From the NCBI GenBank assembly GCA_032718475.1, contig JAUCBJ010009054.1:1-39223 (forward strand): 39,223 nucleotides of DNA. The letters run 5' to 3'. The first letter of the stretch is position 1, and each line of letters opens with the position of its first letter. The notes beneath the pieces were generated by a model that ran no database searches, was not told where the DNA came from, and saw only the letters and a list, made by a program, of their open reading frames with translations. The stretch comes from Nemertoderma westbladi. Lineage: Eukaryota; Animalia; Xenacoelomorpha. Below, one piece after another: positions 13,801 to 26,304 of this stretch. Made by a program: the position numbers and the translations under genes.

Positions 13801-16800
13801 TGTGTTACACTAACTGTAGCAGAAACCCAGACAGACTCACTGTGTTACACTGATAGTAGCAGTAACCCAGACTGACACACAATGTTACACTAACTGTATC
13901 AGTAACCCAGACTGACCATTGTTTTACACTAACTGTAGCAGTAATCCAGACTGAGCACTGCGTTACACTATCTGTAGCAGTAAACCAGACTGAACACTGT
14001 TTTACACCAACTGTAGCAGAAACCCAGACAGACTCACTGTGTTACACTGATAGTAGCAGTAACCCAGAATGACACACAGTGTTACACTAACTGTATCAGT
14101 AACCCAGACTGACCACTGTGTAACACTAACTGTAGCAGTAACCCAGACAGATTCACTGTATTACATTAACTGTGGCAGTCTAACCACTGTGTTACACGAA
14201 CTGTAGCTGTAACACAGACAACTGTGCACTCCGTTACACTAACGGTAGCAGTAACCCAGACTGCCACTGTGTTACACTAACTGTATCAGTAACCCAGACT
14301 GACCACCGTGTTACTCTAACTGTATCAGTAACCCAGGCTGACCACTGTGTTACACTAACTGTAGCAGTAACCCAGACTGACCACTGTGTTACTCCAACTG
14401 TATCAGTAACCCAGACTGACAACTGTGTTACACTATCTGTATCAGTAACCCAGACTGCCCACTGTGTTACACTATCTGAAGCAGTAACCCAGATTGTCCA
14501 CTCCGTCACAGTGACTGTAGCAGTAACCCAGACTGACTCACTGTGTTACACTGACTGTAGCAGTAACCCAGACTGACACACAGTGCAGTGCTACACTAAC
14601 TGTAGCAGTCTGACCACTGTGTTACACTAACTGTAGAAGTAACCCAGACTGTCCACTGTCTTACACTAACTGTAGCAGTAACCCAGTCTGACCACTGTGT
14701 TACACGAGCTGTAGCAGTAACCCAGACTGTCCACTCCGTTACACTAACTGTAGCAGTAACCCAGACTGCCCCTGCGTTACACTAACTGTAGCAGTAACCC
14801 AGACTGTCCACTGTGTATCACTAACTGTAGCAGTAACCCAGACTGACCACTGTGTTACACTAACTGTAGCAGTAACCCAGACTGTCTACTCCGTTACACT
14901 GACTGTAGCAGTAACCCAGACTGACCACTGTGTTACACTAACTGTAGCAGTAACCCAGACTGACCAGTGTTACACTAACTGTAGCAGTAACCCAGACTAT
15001 CCACTGTGTATCACTAACTGTAGCAGTAACCCAGACTGACCACTGTGTTACACTAACTGTAGCAGTAACCCAGACTGTCCACTGTGTATCACTAACTGTA
15101 GCAGTAACCCAGACTGACCACTGTGTTACACTAACTGTAGCAGTAACCCAGACTGTCTACTCCGTTACACTGACTGTAGCAGTAACCCAGACTGAGCACT
15201 GTGTTACACTAACTGTATCAGTAACCCAGACTGACCACTGTGTTACACTAACTGTAGCAGTAACCCAGACTGACCACTGTGTTACCCTAACTGTAGCAGT
15301 AACCCAGACTGTCTACTCCGTTACACTGACTGTAGCAGTAACCCAGACTGAGCACTGTGTTACACTAACTGTATCAGTAACCCAGACTGACCACTGTGTT
15401 ACACTAACTGTAGCAGTAACCCAGACTGTCTACTCCGTTACACTGACTGTAGCAGTAACCCAGACTGACCACTGTGTTACACTAACTGTAGCGGTAACCC
15501 AGACTGTCTACTCCGTTACACTGACTGTAGCAGTAACCCAGACTGTCTACTCCGTTACACTGACTGTAGCAGTAACCCAGACTGACCACTGTGTTACACT
15601 AACTGTAGCAGTAACCCAGACTGACCACTGTGTTACACTAACTGTAGCAGTAACCCAGACCTACCACTGTGTTAAACTAACTGTGCCAGTAACCCAGACT
15701 GACCACTGTGTTACTCTAACTGTAGCAGTAACCCAGACTGACCACTGTGTTACACTAACTGTAGCAGTAACCCAGACTGTCTACTCCGTTACACTGACTG
15801 TAGCAGTAACCCAGACTGTCTACTCCGTTACACTGACTGTAGCAGTAACCCAGACTGACCACTGTGTTACACTAACTGTAGCAGTAACCCAGACTGGCCA
15901 CTGTGTTAAACTAACTGTGCCAGTAACCCAGACTGACCACTGTGTTAAACTAACTGTGCCAGTAACCCAGACTGACCACTGTGTAACTCTAACTGTAGCA
16001 GTAACCCAGACTGACCACTGTGTTACACTAACTGTAGCAGTAACCCAGACTGTCTACTCCGTTACACTGACTGTAGCAGTAACCCAGACTGACCACTGTG
16101 TTACACTAACTGTAGCAGTAACCCAGACTGACCAGTGTTACACTAACTGTAGCAGTAACCCAGACTGTCCACTGTGTATCACTAACTGTAGCAGTAACCC
16201 AGACTGACCATTGTGTTACACTAACTGTAGCAGTAACCCAGACTGAGCACTGCGTTACACTAACTGTAGCAGTAACCCAGACTGTCCACTGTGTCACTAA
16301 CAGTAGCAGTAACCCAGACTGTCCACTGTGTATCACTAACTGTAGCAGTAACCCAGACTGACCACTGTGTTACACTAACTGTAGCAGTAACCCAGACTGT
16401 CCACTGTGTATCACTAACTGTAGCAGTAACCCAGACTGACCACTGTGTTACACTAACTGTAGCAGTAACCCAGACTGTCTACTCCGTTACACTGACTGTA
16501 GCAGTAACCCAGACTGACCACTGTGTTACACTAACTGTAGCAGTAACCCAGACTGACCAGTGTTACACTAACTGTAGCAGTAACCCAGACTATCCACTGT
16601 GTATCACTAACTGTAGCAGTAACCCAGACTGACCACTGTGTTACACTAACTGTAGCAGTAACCCAGACTGTCTACTCCGTTACACTGACTGTAGCAGTAA
16701 CCCAGACTGACCACTGTGTTACACTAACTGTAGCAGTAACCCAGACTGACCAGTGTTACACTAACTGTAGCAGTAACCCAGACTGTCCACGTGTATCACT

Positions 16801-19800
16801 AACTGTAGCAGTAACCAGACTGACCATTGTGTTACACTAACTGTAGCAGTAACCCAGACGGAGCACTGCGTTACACTAACTGTAGCAGTAACCCAGACTG
16901 TCCACTGTGTCACTAACAGTAGCAGTAACCCAGACTGTCCACTGTGTATCACTAACTGTAGCAGTAACCCAGACTGACCACTGTGTTACACTAACTGTAG
17001 CAGTAACCCAGACTGTCCACTGTGTATCACTAACTGTAGCAGTAACCCAGACTGACTACTGTGTTACACTAACTGTAGCAGTAACCCAGACTGTCTACTC
17101 CGTTACACTGACTGTAGCAGTAACCCAGACTGAGCACTGTGTTACACTAACTGTATCAGTAACCCAGACTGACCACTGTGTTACACTAACTGTAGCAGTA
17201 ACCCAGACTGTCTACTCCGTTACACTGACTGTAGCAGTAACCCAGACTGACCATTGTATTACACTAACTGTAGCAGTAACCCAGACTGAGCACTGCGTTA
17301 CACTAACTGTAGCAGTAACCCAGACTGTCCACTGTGTCACTAACAGTTGCAGTAACCCAGACTGACCAGTGTTACACTAACTGTAGCAGTAACCCAGAAT
17401 GCCCACTGTGTTAGACTAACTATCAGTAACCCAGACTGAACACTGCGTTACACTAACCATAGCAGTAACTCAGACTGGCCAGTGTGCTAAACTAACTGTA
17501 GCAGTAACCCAGACTGTCCACTCCGTTACACTGACTGTAGCAGTAACCCAGACTGACCATTGTGTTACAATAACTGTAGCAGTATCCCAGACTGACCATT
17601 GTGTTACACTAACTGAAACAGTAATCCAGACTGGCCAGTGTGTTAAACTAACTGTGCCAGTAACCCAGACTGACCATTGTGTTACACTAACTGTAGCAGT
17701 AACCCAGACTGAGCACTGCGTTACACTAACTGTAGCAGTAACCCAGACTGACCATTGTGTTACGCTAACTGTAGCAGTAACCTAGACCGAGCACTGCGTT
17801 ACACTAACTGTAGCAGTAAACCAGACTGACCAGTGTGTTACACTAACTGTAGCAGAAACCCAGACAGACTCACTGTGTTACACTGATAGTAGCAGTAACC
17901 CAGACTGACACACAATGTTACACTAACTGTATCAGTAACCCAGACTGACCATTGTTTTACACTAACTGTAGCAGTAATCCAGACTGAGCACTGCGTTACA
18001 CTATCTGTAGCAGTAAACCAGACTGAACACTGTTTTACACCAACTGTAGCAGAAACCCAGACAGACTCACTGTGTTACACTGATAGTAGCAGTAACCCAG
18101 AATGACACACAGTGTTACACTAACTGTATCAGTAACCCAGACTGACCACTGTGTAACACTAACTGTAGCAGTAACCCAGACAGATTCACTGTATTACATT
18201 AACTGTGGCAGTCTAACCACTGTGTTACACGAACTGTAGCTGTAACACAGACAACTGTGCACTCCGTTACACTAACGGTAGCAGTAACCCAGACTGCCAC
18301 TGTGTTACACTAACTGTATCAGTAACCCAGACTGACCACCGTGTTACTCTAACTGTATCAGTAACCCAGGCTGACCACTGTGTTACACTAACTGTAGCAG
18401 TAACCCAGACTGACCACTGTGTTACTCCAACTGTATCAGTAACCCAGACTGACAACTGTGTTACACTATCTGTATCAGTAACCCAGACTGCCCACTGTGT
18501 TACACTATCTGAAGCAGTAACCCAGATTGTCCACTCCGTCACAGTGACTGTAGCAGTAACCCAGACTGACTCACTGTGTTACACTGACTGTAGCAGTAAC
18601 CCAGACTGACACACAGTGCAGTGCTACACTAACTGTAGCAGTCTGACCACTGTGTTACACTAACTGTAGAAGTAACCCAGACTGTCCACTGTCTTACACT
18701 AACTGTAGCAGTAACCCAGTCTGACCACTGTGTTACACGAGCTGTAGCAGTAACCCAGACTGTCCACTCCGTTACACTAACTGTAGCAGTAACCCAGACT
18801 GCCCCTGCGTTACACTAACTGTAGCAGTAACCCAGACTGTCCACTGTGTATCACTAACTGTAGCAGTAACCCAGACTGACCACTGTGTTACACTAACTGT
18901 AGCAGTAACCCAGACTGTCTACTCCGTTACACTGACTGTAGCAGTAACCCAGACTGACCACTGTGTTACACTAACTGTAGCAGTAACCCAGACTGACCAG
19001 TGTTACACTAACTGTAGCAGTAACCCAGACTATCCACTGTGTATCACTAACTGTAGCAGTAACCCAGACTGACCACTGTGTTACACTAACTGTAGCAGTA
19101 ACCCAGACTGTCTACTCCGTTACACTGACTGTAGCAGTAACCCAGACTGACCACTGTGTTACACTAACTGTAGCAGTAACCCAGACTGACCAGTGTTACA
19201 CTAACTGTAGCAGTAACCCAGACTGTCCACGTGTATCACTAACTGTAGCAGTAACCAGACTGACCATTGTGTTACACTAACTGTAGCAGTAACCCAGACG
19301 GAGCACTGCGTTACACTAACTGTAGCAGTAACCCAGACTGTCCACTGTGTCACTAACAGTAGCAGTAACCCAGACTGTCCACTGTGTATCACTAACTGTA
19401 GCAGTAACCCAGACTGACCACTGTGTTACACTAACTGTAGCAGTAACCCAGACTGTCCACTGTGTATCACTAACTGTAGCAGTAACCCAGACTGACTACT
19501 GTGTTACACTAACTGTAGCAGTAACCCAGACTGTCTACTCCGTTACACTGACTGTAGCAGTAACCCAGACTGAGCACTGTGTTACACTAACTGTATCAGT
19601 AACCCAGACTGACCACTGTGTTACACTAACTGTAGCAGTAACCCAGACTGTCTACTCCGTTACACTGACTGTAGCAGTAACCCAGACTGACCATTGTATT
19701 ACACTAACTGTAGCAGTAACCCAGACTGAGCACTGCGTTACACTAACTGTAGCAGTAACCCAGACTGTCCACTGTGTCACTAACAGTTGCAGTAACCCAG

Positions 19801-22800
19801 ACTGACCAGTGTTACACTAACTGTAGCAGTAACCCAGAATGCCCACTGTGTTAGACTAACTATCAGTAACCCAGACTGAACACTGCGTTACACTAACCAT
19901 AGCAGTAACTCAGACTGGCCAGTGTGCTAAACTAACTGTAGCAGTAACCCAGACTGTCCACTCCGTTACACTGACTGTAGCAGTAACCCAGACTGACCAT
20001 TGTGTTACAATAACTGTAGCAGTATCCCAGACTGACCATTGTGTTACACTAACTGAAACAGTAATCCAGACTGGCCAGTGTGTTAAACTAACTGTGCCAG
20101 TAACCCAGACTGACCATTGTGTTACACTAACTGTAGCAGTAACCCAGACTTAGCACTGCGTTACACTAACTGTAGCAGTAACCCAGACTGACCATTGTGT
20201 TACGCTAACTGTAGCAGTAACCTAGACCGAGCACTGCGTTACACTAACTGTAGCAGTAAACCAGACTGACCAGTGTGTTACACTAACTGTAGCAGAAACC
20301 CAGACAGACTCACTGTGTTACACTGATAGTAGCAGTAACCCAGACTGACCACTGTGTTACACGAGCTGTAGCAGTAACCCAGACTGTCCACTCCGTTACA
20401 CTAACTGTAGCAGTAACCCAGACTGCCCCTGCGTTACACTAACTGTAGCAGTAACCCAGACTGTCCACTGTGTATCACTAACTGTAGCAGTAACCCAGAC
20501 TGACCACTGTGTTACACTAACTGTAGCAGTAACCCAGACTGTCTACTCCGTTACACTGACTGTAGCAGTAACCCAGACTGACCACTGTGTTACACTAACT
20601 GTAGCAGTAACCCAGACTGACCAGTGTTACACTAACTGTAGCAGTAACCCAGACTATCCACTGTGTATCACTAACTGTAGCAGTAACCCAGACTGACCAC
20701 TGTGTTACACTAACTGTAGCAGTAACCCAGTCTGACCACTGTGTTACACGAGCTGTAGCAGTAACCCAGACTGTCCACTCCGTTACACTAACTGTAGCAG
20801 TAACCCAGACTGCCCCTGCGTTACACTAACTGTAGCAGTAACCCAGACTGTCCACTGTGTATCACTAACTGTAGCAGTAACCCAGACTGACCACTGTGTT
20901 ACACTAACTGTAGCAGTAACCCAGACTGTCTACTCCGTTACACTGACTGTAGCAGTAACCCAGACTGACCACTGTGTTACACTAACTGTAGCAGTAACCC
21001 AGACTGACCAGTGTTACACTAACTGTAGCAGTAACCCAGACTATCCACTGTGTATCACTAACTGTAGCAGTAACCCAGACTGACCACTGTGTTACACTAA
21101 CTGTAGCAGTAACCCAGACTGTCTACTCCGTTACACTGACTGTAGCAGTAACCCAGACTGACCACTGTGTTACACTAACTGTAGCAGTAACCCAGACTGA
21201 CCAGTGTTACACTAACTGTAGCAGTAACCCAGACTGTCCACGTGTATCACTAACTGTAGCAGTAACCAGACTGACCATTGTGTTACACTAACTGTAGCAG
21301 TAACCCAGACGGAGCACTGCGTTACACTAACTGTAGCAGTAACCCAGACTGTCCACTGTGTCACTAACAGTAGCAGTAACCCAGACTGTCCACTGTGTAT
21401 CACTAACTGTAGCAGTAACCCAGACTGACCACTGTGTTACACTAACTGTAGCAGTAACCCAGACTGTCCACTGTGTATCACTAACTGTAGCAGTAACCCA
21501 GACTGACTACTGTGTTACACTAACTGTAGCAGTAACCCAGACTGTCTACTCCGTTACACTGACTGTAGCAGTAACCCAGACTGAGCACTGTGTTACACNN
21601 NNNNNNNNNNNNNNNNNNNNNNNNNNNNNNNNNNNNNNNNNNNNNNNNNNNNNNNNNNNNNNNNNNNNNNNNNNNNNNNNNNNNNNNNNNNNNNNNNNCA
21701 GTAACTCAGACTGGCCAGTGTGCTAAACTAACTGTAGCAGTAACCCAGACTGTCCACTCCGTTACACTGACTGTAGCAGTAACCCAGACTGACCATTGTG
21801 TTACAATAACTGTAGCAGTATCCCAGACTGACCATTGTGTTACACTAACTGAAACAGTAATCCAGACTGGCCAGTGTGTTAAACTAACTGTGCCAGTAAC
21901 CCAGACTGACCATTGTGTTACACTAACTGTAGCAGTAACCCAGACTTAGCACTGCGTTACACTAACTGTAGCAGTAACCCAGACTGACCATTGTGTTACG
22001 CTAACTGTAGCAGTAACCTAGACCGAGCACTGCGTTACACTAACTGTAGCAGTAAACCAGACTGACCAGTGTGTTACACTAACTGTAGCAGAAACCCAGA
22101 CAGACTCACTGTGTTACACTGATAGTAGCAGTAACCCAGACTGACACACAATGTTACACTAACTGTATCAGTAAACCAGACTGACCATTGTTTTACACTA
22201 ACTGTAGCAGTAATCCAGACTGAGCACTGCGTTACACTATCTGTAGCAGTAAACCAGACTGAACACTGTTTTACACCAACTGTAGCAGAAACCCAGACAG
22301 ACTCACTGTGTTACACTGATAGTAGCAGTAACCCAGAATGACACACAGTGTTACACTAACTGTATCAGTAACCCAGACTGACCACTGTGTAACACTAACT
22401 GTAGCAGTAACCCAGACAGATTCACTGTATTACATTAACTGTGGCAGTCTAACCACTGTGTTACACGAACTGTAGCTGTAACACAGACAACTGTGCACTC
22501 CGTTACACTAACGGTAGCAGTAACCCAGACTGCCACTGTGTTACACTAACTGTATCAGTAACCCAGACTGACCACCGTGTTACTCTAACTGTATCAGTAA
22601 CCCAGGCTGACCACTGTATTACACTAACTGTAGCAGTAACCCAGACTGACCACTGTGTTACTCCAACTGTATCAGTAACCCAGACTGACAACTGTGTTAC
22701 ACTATCTGTATCAGTAACCCAGACTGCCCACTGTGTTACACTATCTGAAGCAGTAACCCAGATTGTCCACTCCGTCACAGTGACTGTAGCAGTAACCCAG

Positions 22801-24316
22801 ACTGACTCACTGTGTTACACTGACTGTAGCAGTAACCCAGACTGACACACAGTGCAGTGCTACACTAACTGTAGCAGTCTGACCACTGTGTTACACTAAC
22901 TGTAGAAGTAACCCAGACTGTCCACTGTCTTACACTAACTGTAGCAGTAACCCAGTCTGACCACTGTGTTACACGAGCTGTAGCAGTAACCCAGACTGTC
23001 CACTCCGTTACACTAACTGTAGCAGTAACCCAGACTGCCCCTGCGTTACACTAACTGTAGCAGTAATCCAGACTGACTCACTGACTTACACTAACTGTAG
23101 CAGTAATCCAGACTGACTCACTGTGTTACACTAACTGTAACAGTAACCCAGACTGACTGGTGTGTTACACTAACTTTAGTAGTATCCCAGACAGACTCAC
23201 TGTGTTACACTAACTGTAGCAGTACCCCAGACTGACTAGTGTGTTAGACTAATTGTAGCAGTAACCCAGACTGACCAATGTGTTACACTAACTGTTGCAG
23301 TAACCCAGAGAGATTCACTGTATTACATTAACTGTGGCAGTCTAACCACTGTGTTACACGAACTGTAGCAGTAACACAGACGACTGTGCACTCCGTTACA
23401 CTAACTGTAGCAGTAACCCAGACTGCCACTGTGTTACGCTAACTGTAGCAGTAACCCAGACTGTCTACTCCGTTACACTAACTATAGCAGTAATCCAGAC
23501 TGACCACTGTCTTACACTAACTGTAGCAGTAATCCAGACTGACTCACTGTGTTACACTAACTGTAACAGTAACCCAGACTGACTAGTGTGTTACACTAAC
23601 TTTAGCAGTATCCCAGACAGACTCACTGTGTTACTCTAACTGTATCAGTAACCCAGACTGACAACTGTGTTACACTAACTGTAACAGTAACCCAGACTGA
23701 CTAGTATGTTAGACTAACTGTAGCAGTAACCCAGACTGACCACTGTGTTACACTAACTGTAGCAGTAACCCAGAAAGATTCACTGTATTACATTAACTGT
23801 GGCAGTCTAACCACTGTGTTACAAGAACTGCAGCAGTAACACAGACGACTGTGCACTCCGTTACACTAACTGTAGCAGTAACCCAGACTGCCACTGTGTT
23901 ACGCTAACTGTGGCAGTAACCAGACTGACCACTGTGTTACACTATCTGTAACAGTAACCCAGACTGACCACTGTGTTACATCAAATGTAGCAACGTGTAG
24001 CAGTAACCCAGACCTATCACTGTTACACTAACTGTAGCAGTAACCCAGACTGACCACTGTTACACTAACTGTAGCAGTAACCCAGACTGACCACTGTGTT
24101 ACATTAACTCTATCAACGTGTAGCAGTAACCCAGTCTGATGACTGTGTTACACTAACTGTAGCAGTAACCCAGACTGACCACTGTTACACTAACTGTAGC
24201 AGTAACCCAGACTGACCACTGTTACACTAACTGTAGCAGTAACCCAGACTGACCACTGTTACACTAACTGTAGCAGTAACCCAGACTGACCACTGTTACA
24301 CTAACTGTAGCAGTAA
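1827..24316. repeat. ~22.5 kb satellite array of a 39-bp monomer (about 570-580 copies by length/39) with higher-order structure
   Basis: Consensus CCCAGACTGACCACTGTGTTACACTAACTGTAGCAGTAA repeats head-to-tail with a small set of variants (GTCTACTCCG, GAGCACTGCG, GTCCACTGTGTATC, 37/38/40-bp indel forms). Identical ORF-track peptides recur at fixed offsets (1875/4393, 12258/16291, 14234/18267). Confidence 0.98.
21599..21698. other. Assembly gap (100 N) inside the satellite
   Basis: Run of exactly 100 N, the usual placeholder for a gap of unknown size. Confidence 0.99.
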
Positions 24317-24452
24317 AGGGGCCGTCCAATTATGACGTCTGCACTTTTCCCCAAAATGTTGACCCCCTCCCTCCCCTAAATCAGATGTCATCAGATAGGC
24401 GTTGACCCCTCCCCCCCCCCCTCCCCTAAATCAGATTAAAAAAATTTTCGCG
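24317..24452 (+). mobile_element. Orphan end of a probable TIR DNA transposon/MITE abutting the satellite
   Basis: AGGGGCCGTCCAATTATGACGT followed by two copies of GTTGACCCC(T)CCC..CTCCCCTAAATCAGAT. It resembles a MITE end type I recall from invertebrates; no partner TIR was found and the superfamily is not assigned. Confidence 0.55.
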
Positions 24453-24947
24453 TCCTAATCACTGAATCATGGTGACTGGTAACTGAAACAGAAGGTTGTG
24501 CTACGGGCCTTCTGGGGCTTCGAACAATTAAAATAGGCAAGCTATTTACTATTCTGCTATATCTCTTCTAGCACCTATAAATTAACATGCTGGTAAATGT
24601 GTTACAGTGGAGCCAAAAACGCACAGGTCGAAATTATTTACCCGCAATTTATGAATTGGACCAAAGAGAATTCATCACAACTAAATTAAACAGTACTAAA
24701 GTATACAGTTATTATTTGATCATTAACATTAATACTGTATAATAAATTAATAGGATAATAAATTAAATGGAATCGTAATATATCATTATAAACCACTGTA
24801 CATATTTTCAAAATGGTTGCGCTCTTATTTCTTTCCTGATAATGAATTTTTTTTTTAAGTTTGAGCGGATGTGAATAATTTAATAAAAATTTGCTGTTGA
24901 TAATTAGTATTACGTCAAACCAAAATAATCTTAACAAAAAGATTGAT

Positions 24948-24972
24948 GTTGCCAGGTAACGTATATAAACAA
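24948..24972 (+). promoter_or_regulatory. RFX X-box (GTTGCCAGGTAAC, 24948-24960) plus adjacent forkhead-type motif (ATAAACAA, 24965-24972); candidate RSPH14 promoter
   Basis: Exact match to X-box consensus GTNRCC-N(0-3)-RGYAAC, ~1.05 kb upstream of the ATG of a motile-cilia gene. RFX and FOXJ1 are the established regulators of such genes. Confidence 0.6.
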
Positions 24973-25454
24973 TTAATAGGACCAGATAGGTATGATTGCT
25001 ACCGGTATGGCAGATTGTCGAAATACATAATACGCACAGTAACTGATTTTTCTGGTTTTGCGATAACAATCCGTTTTCAATTACACAGCATTCTCAGGGA
25101 AGACAGCTCAACTTAAAACTTACATTAGTTATTGTTTACGTTACCGGTGCCCCGGTACCATTTCCTGTATACGCCTGAATAATCTACTCGACCGTATTAA
25201 ATAATACTATGGCTCTATCTATCGTGGTTATTCTTATGGATCTCTGAGGTGATGTACACTTCTTGTAATGGGCCTACCGGAAAGTTTGGAGGTGGGTCGT
25301 ATTTATTGCCGGTATCGGATATGCGTTTATGTTGCTGTACAGTAGTACCGGTATATTAATTAGGGCCTTCCTAAGGGCATAGTTTAGCAGTCAGAAGACT
25401 AAATAAACAAAATTTAAATCTGATAACCAAATAGATACCTAACGAAATTAAAAA

Positions 25455-25581
25455 CAACGCCAAAACTTTAAATTTCATAGTTTAATTAAATTTACAGAAC
25501 GAATACCATTTTAAAACTAGCAAAAGTTTCCGAGCAAATTGAAAATTGAATTAAACAATGAAATTTAAAGTTTTGGCGTTG
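25455..25581. repeat. Short inverted repeat (39-bp arms, ~49-bp spacer), possible MITE relic
   Basis: CAACGCCAAAACTTTAAATTTCATAGTTTAATTAAATTT (25455-25493) matches the reverse complement of 25543-25581 with 2 mismatches. Confidence 0.75.
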
Positions 25582-26006
25582 ATTATAAATGCGTTTATCT
25601 TCAATCAGAATCCATAAAAACAAACCTTTCTCAATCAAATAGATATTATTTTCTTTGTGAGTGTGGTGTAGTCATTTTTATGGCTTTTAGAGTTATTTTC
25701 TCATTTACAAATACTACGAGAAACGAGAACTTGTAGGATCTTATTGCTTCTGTGTGTATGTATGTACTGTACGTACTGTAGGCCTACTGAAGGCCTACTT
25801 CAAAACATATACATATAGGATTTAGTGTCATAAATATCCCTGATTGCTGATACCACTTTGTCATAAGATAGGTAGAAAATAATAATAGTTTAGCATCAAT
25901 ATTTTCCAGATAACTAAATTATTTAAGACACTTTATATCCCGTGTCATGGGATAAATAAGATAGGATTACGCCGATTTCGAATTAGTTACTCCTTTAAAT
26001 TATACA

Positions 26007-26304
26007 ATGGCCGGAACTCTGATATCAGCGCGTCTACCTCCAAACATTGACGTGACCAAGGCCCCTTTAGCTTACGGAGCTCGCGCTATACCAAAGCTCA
26101 ATGAGGAACTCAATGTAACCGAGCTGATTGTAGTGCAAAGAGCACTGCGAACTCTATGCGACGAGTTACACGACCCCGAAGACATAGCCGAGGCGTTACG
26201 GAACCAGGTCCACATCAGTCTATCTGCCTTACTCACACATACAGATGTTACTGTTAGACACAAGAGCACTGAAGCATTGTATATTCTATCGTCACATTGT
26301 ATAG
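26007..26304 (+). CDS. RSPH14: RSPH14 coding exon 1
   Basis: ATG at 26007, MAGTLISARLPPNID...ILSSHCI, donor AG|GTGAGT at 26305; the ORF-track tail beyond this is intron read-through. Confidence 0.92.

Noticed and set aside
1827-24316. CRISPR-like array (constant ~25 bp plus variable ~14 bp) near a primase-polymerase, recalling CRISPR-associated PrimPol systems
   Set aside because: The variable parts are point variants of one sequence reused hundreds of times, not unique spacers. There are no cas genes, the context is a spliced eukaryotic locus, and the PrimPol is the ordinary animal type, 8 kb away behind another gene.
1827-24316. Telomeric origin (one TAACCC per monomer)
   Set aside because: Only an isolated hexamer per 39 bp and never tandem (TTAGGG)n.
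24686-25069. 127-aa minus-strand ORF
   Set aside because: TTG start, AT-rich I/L/N/K-biased composition typical of non-coding DNA, and it overlaps the predicted RSPH14 promoter.
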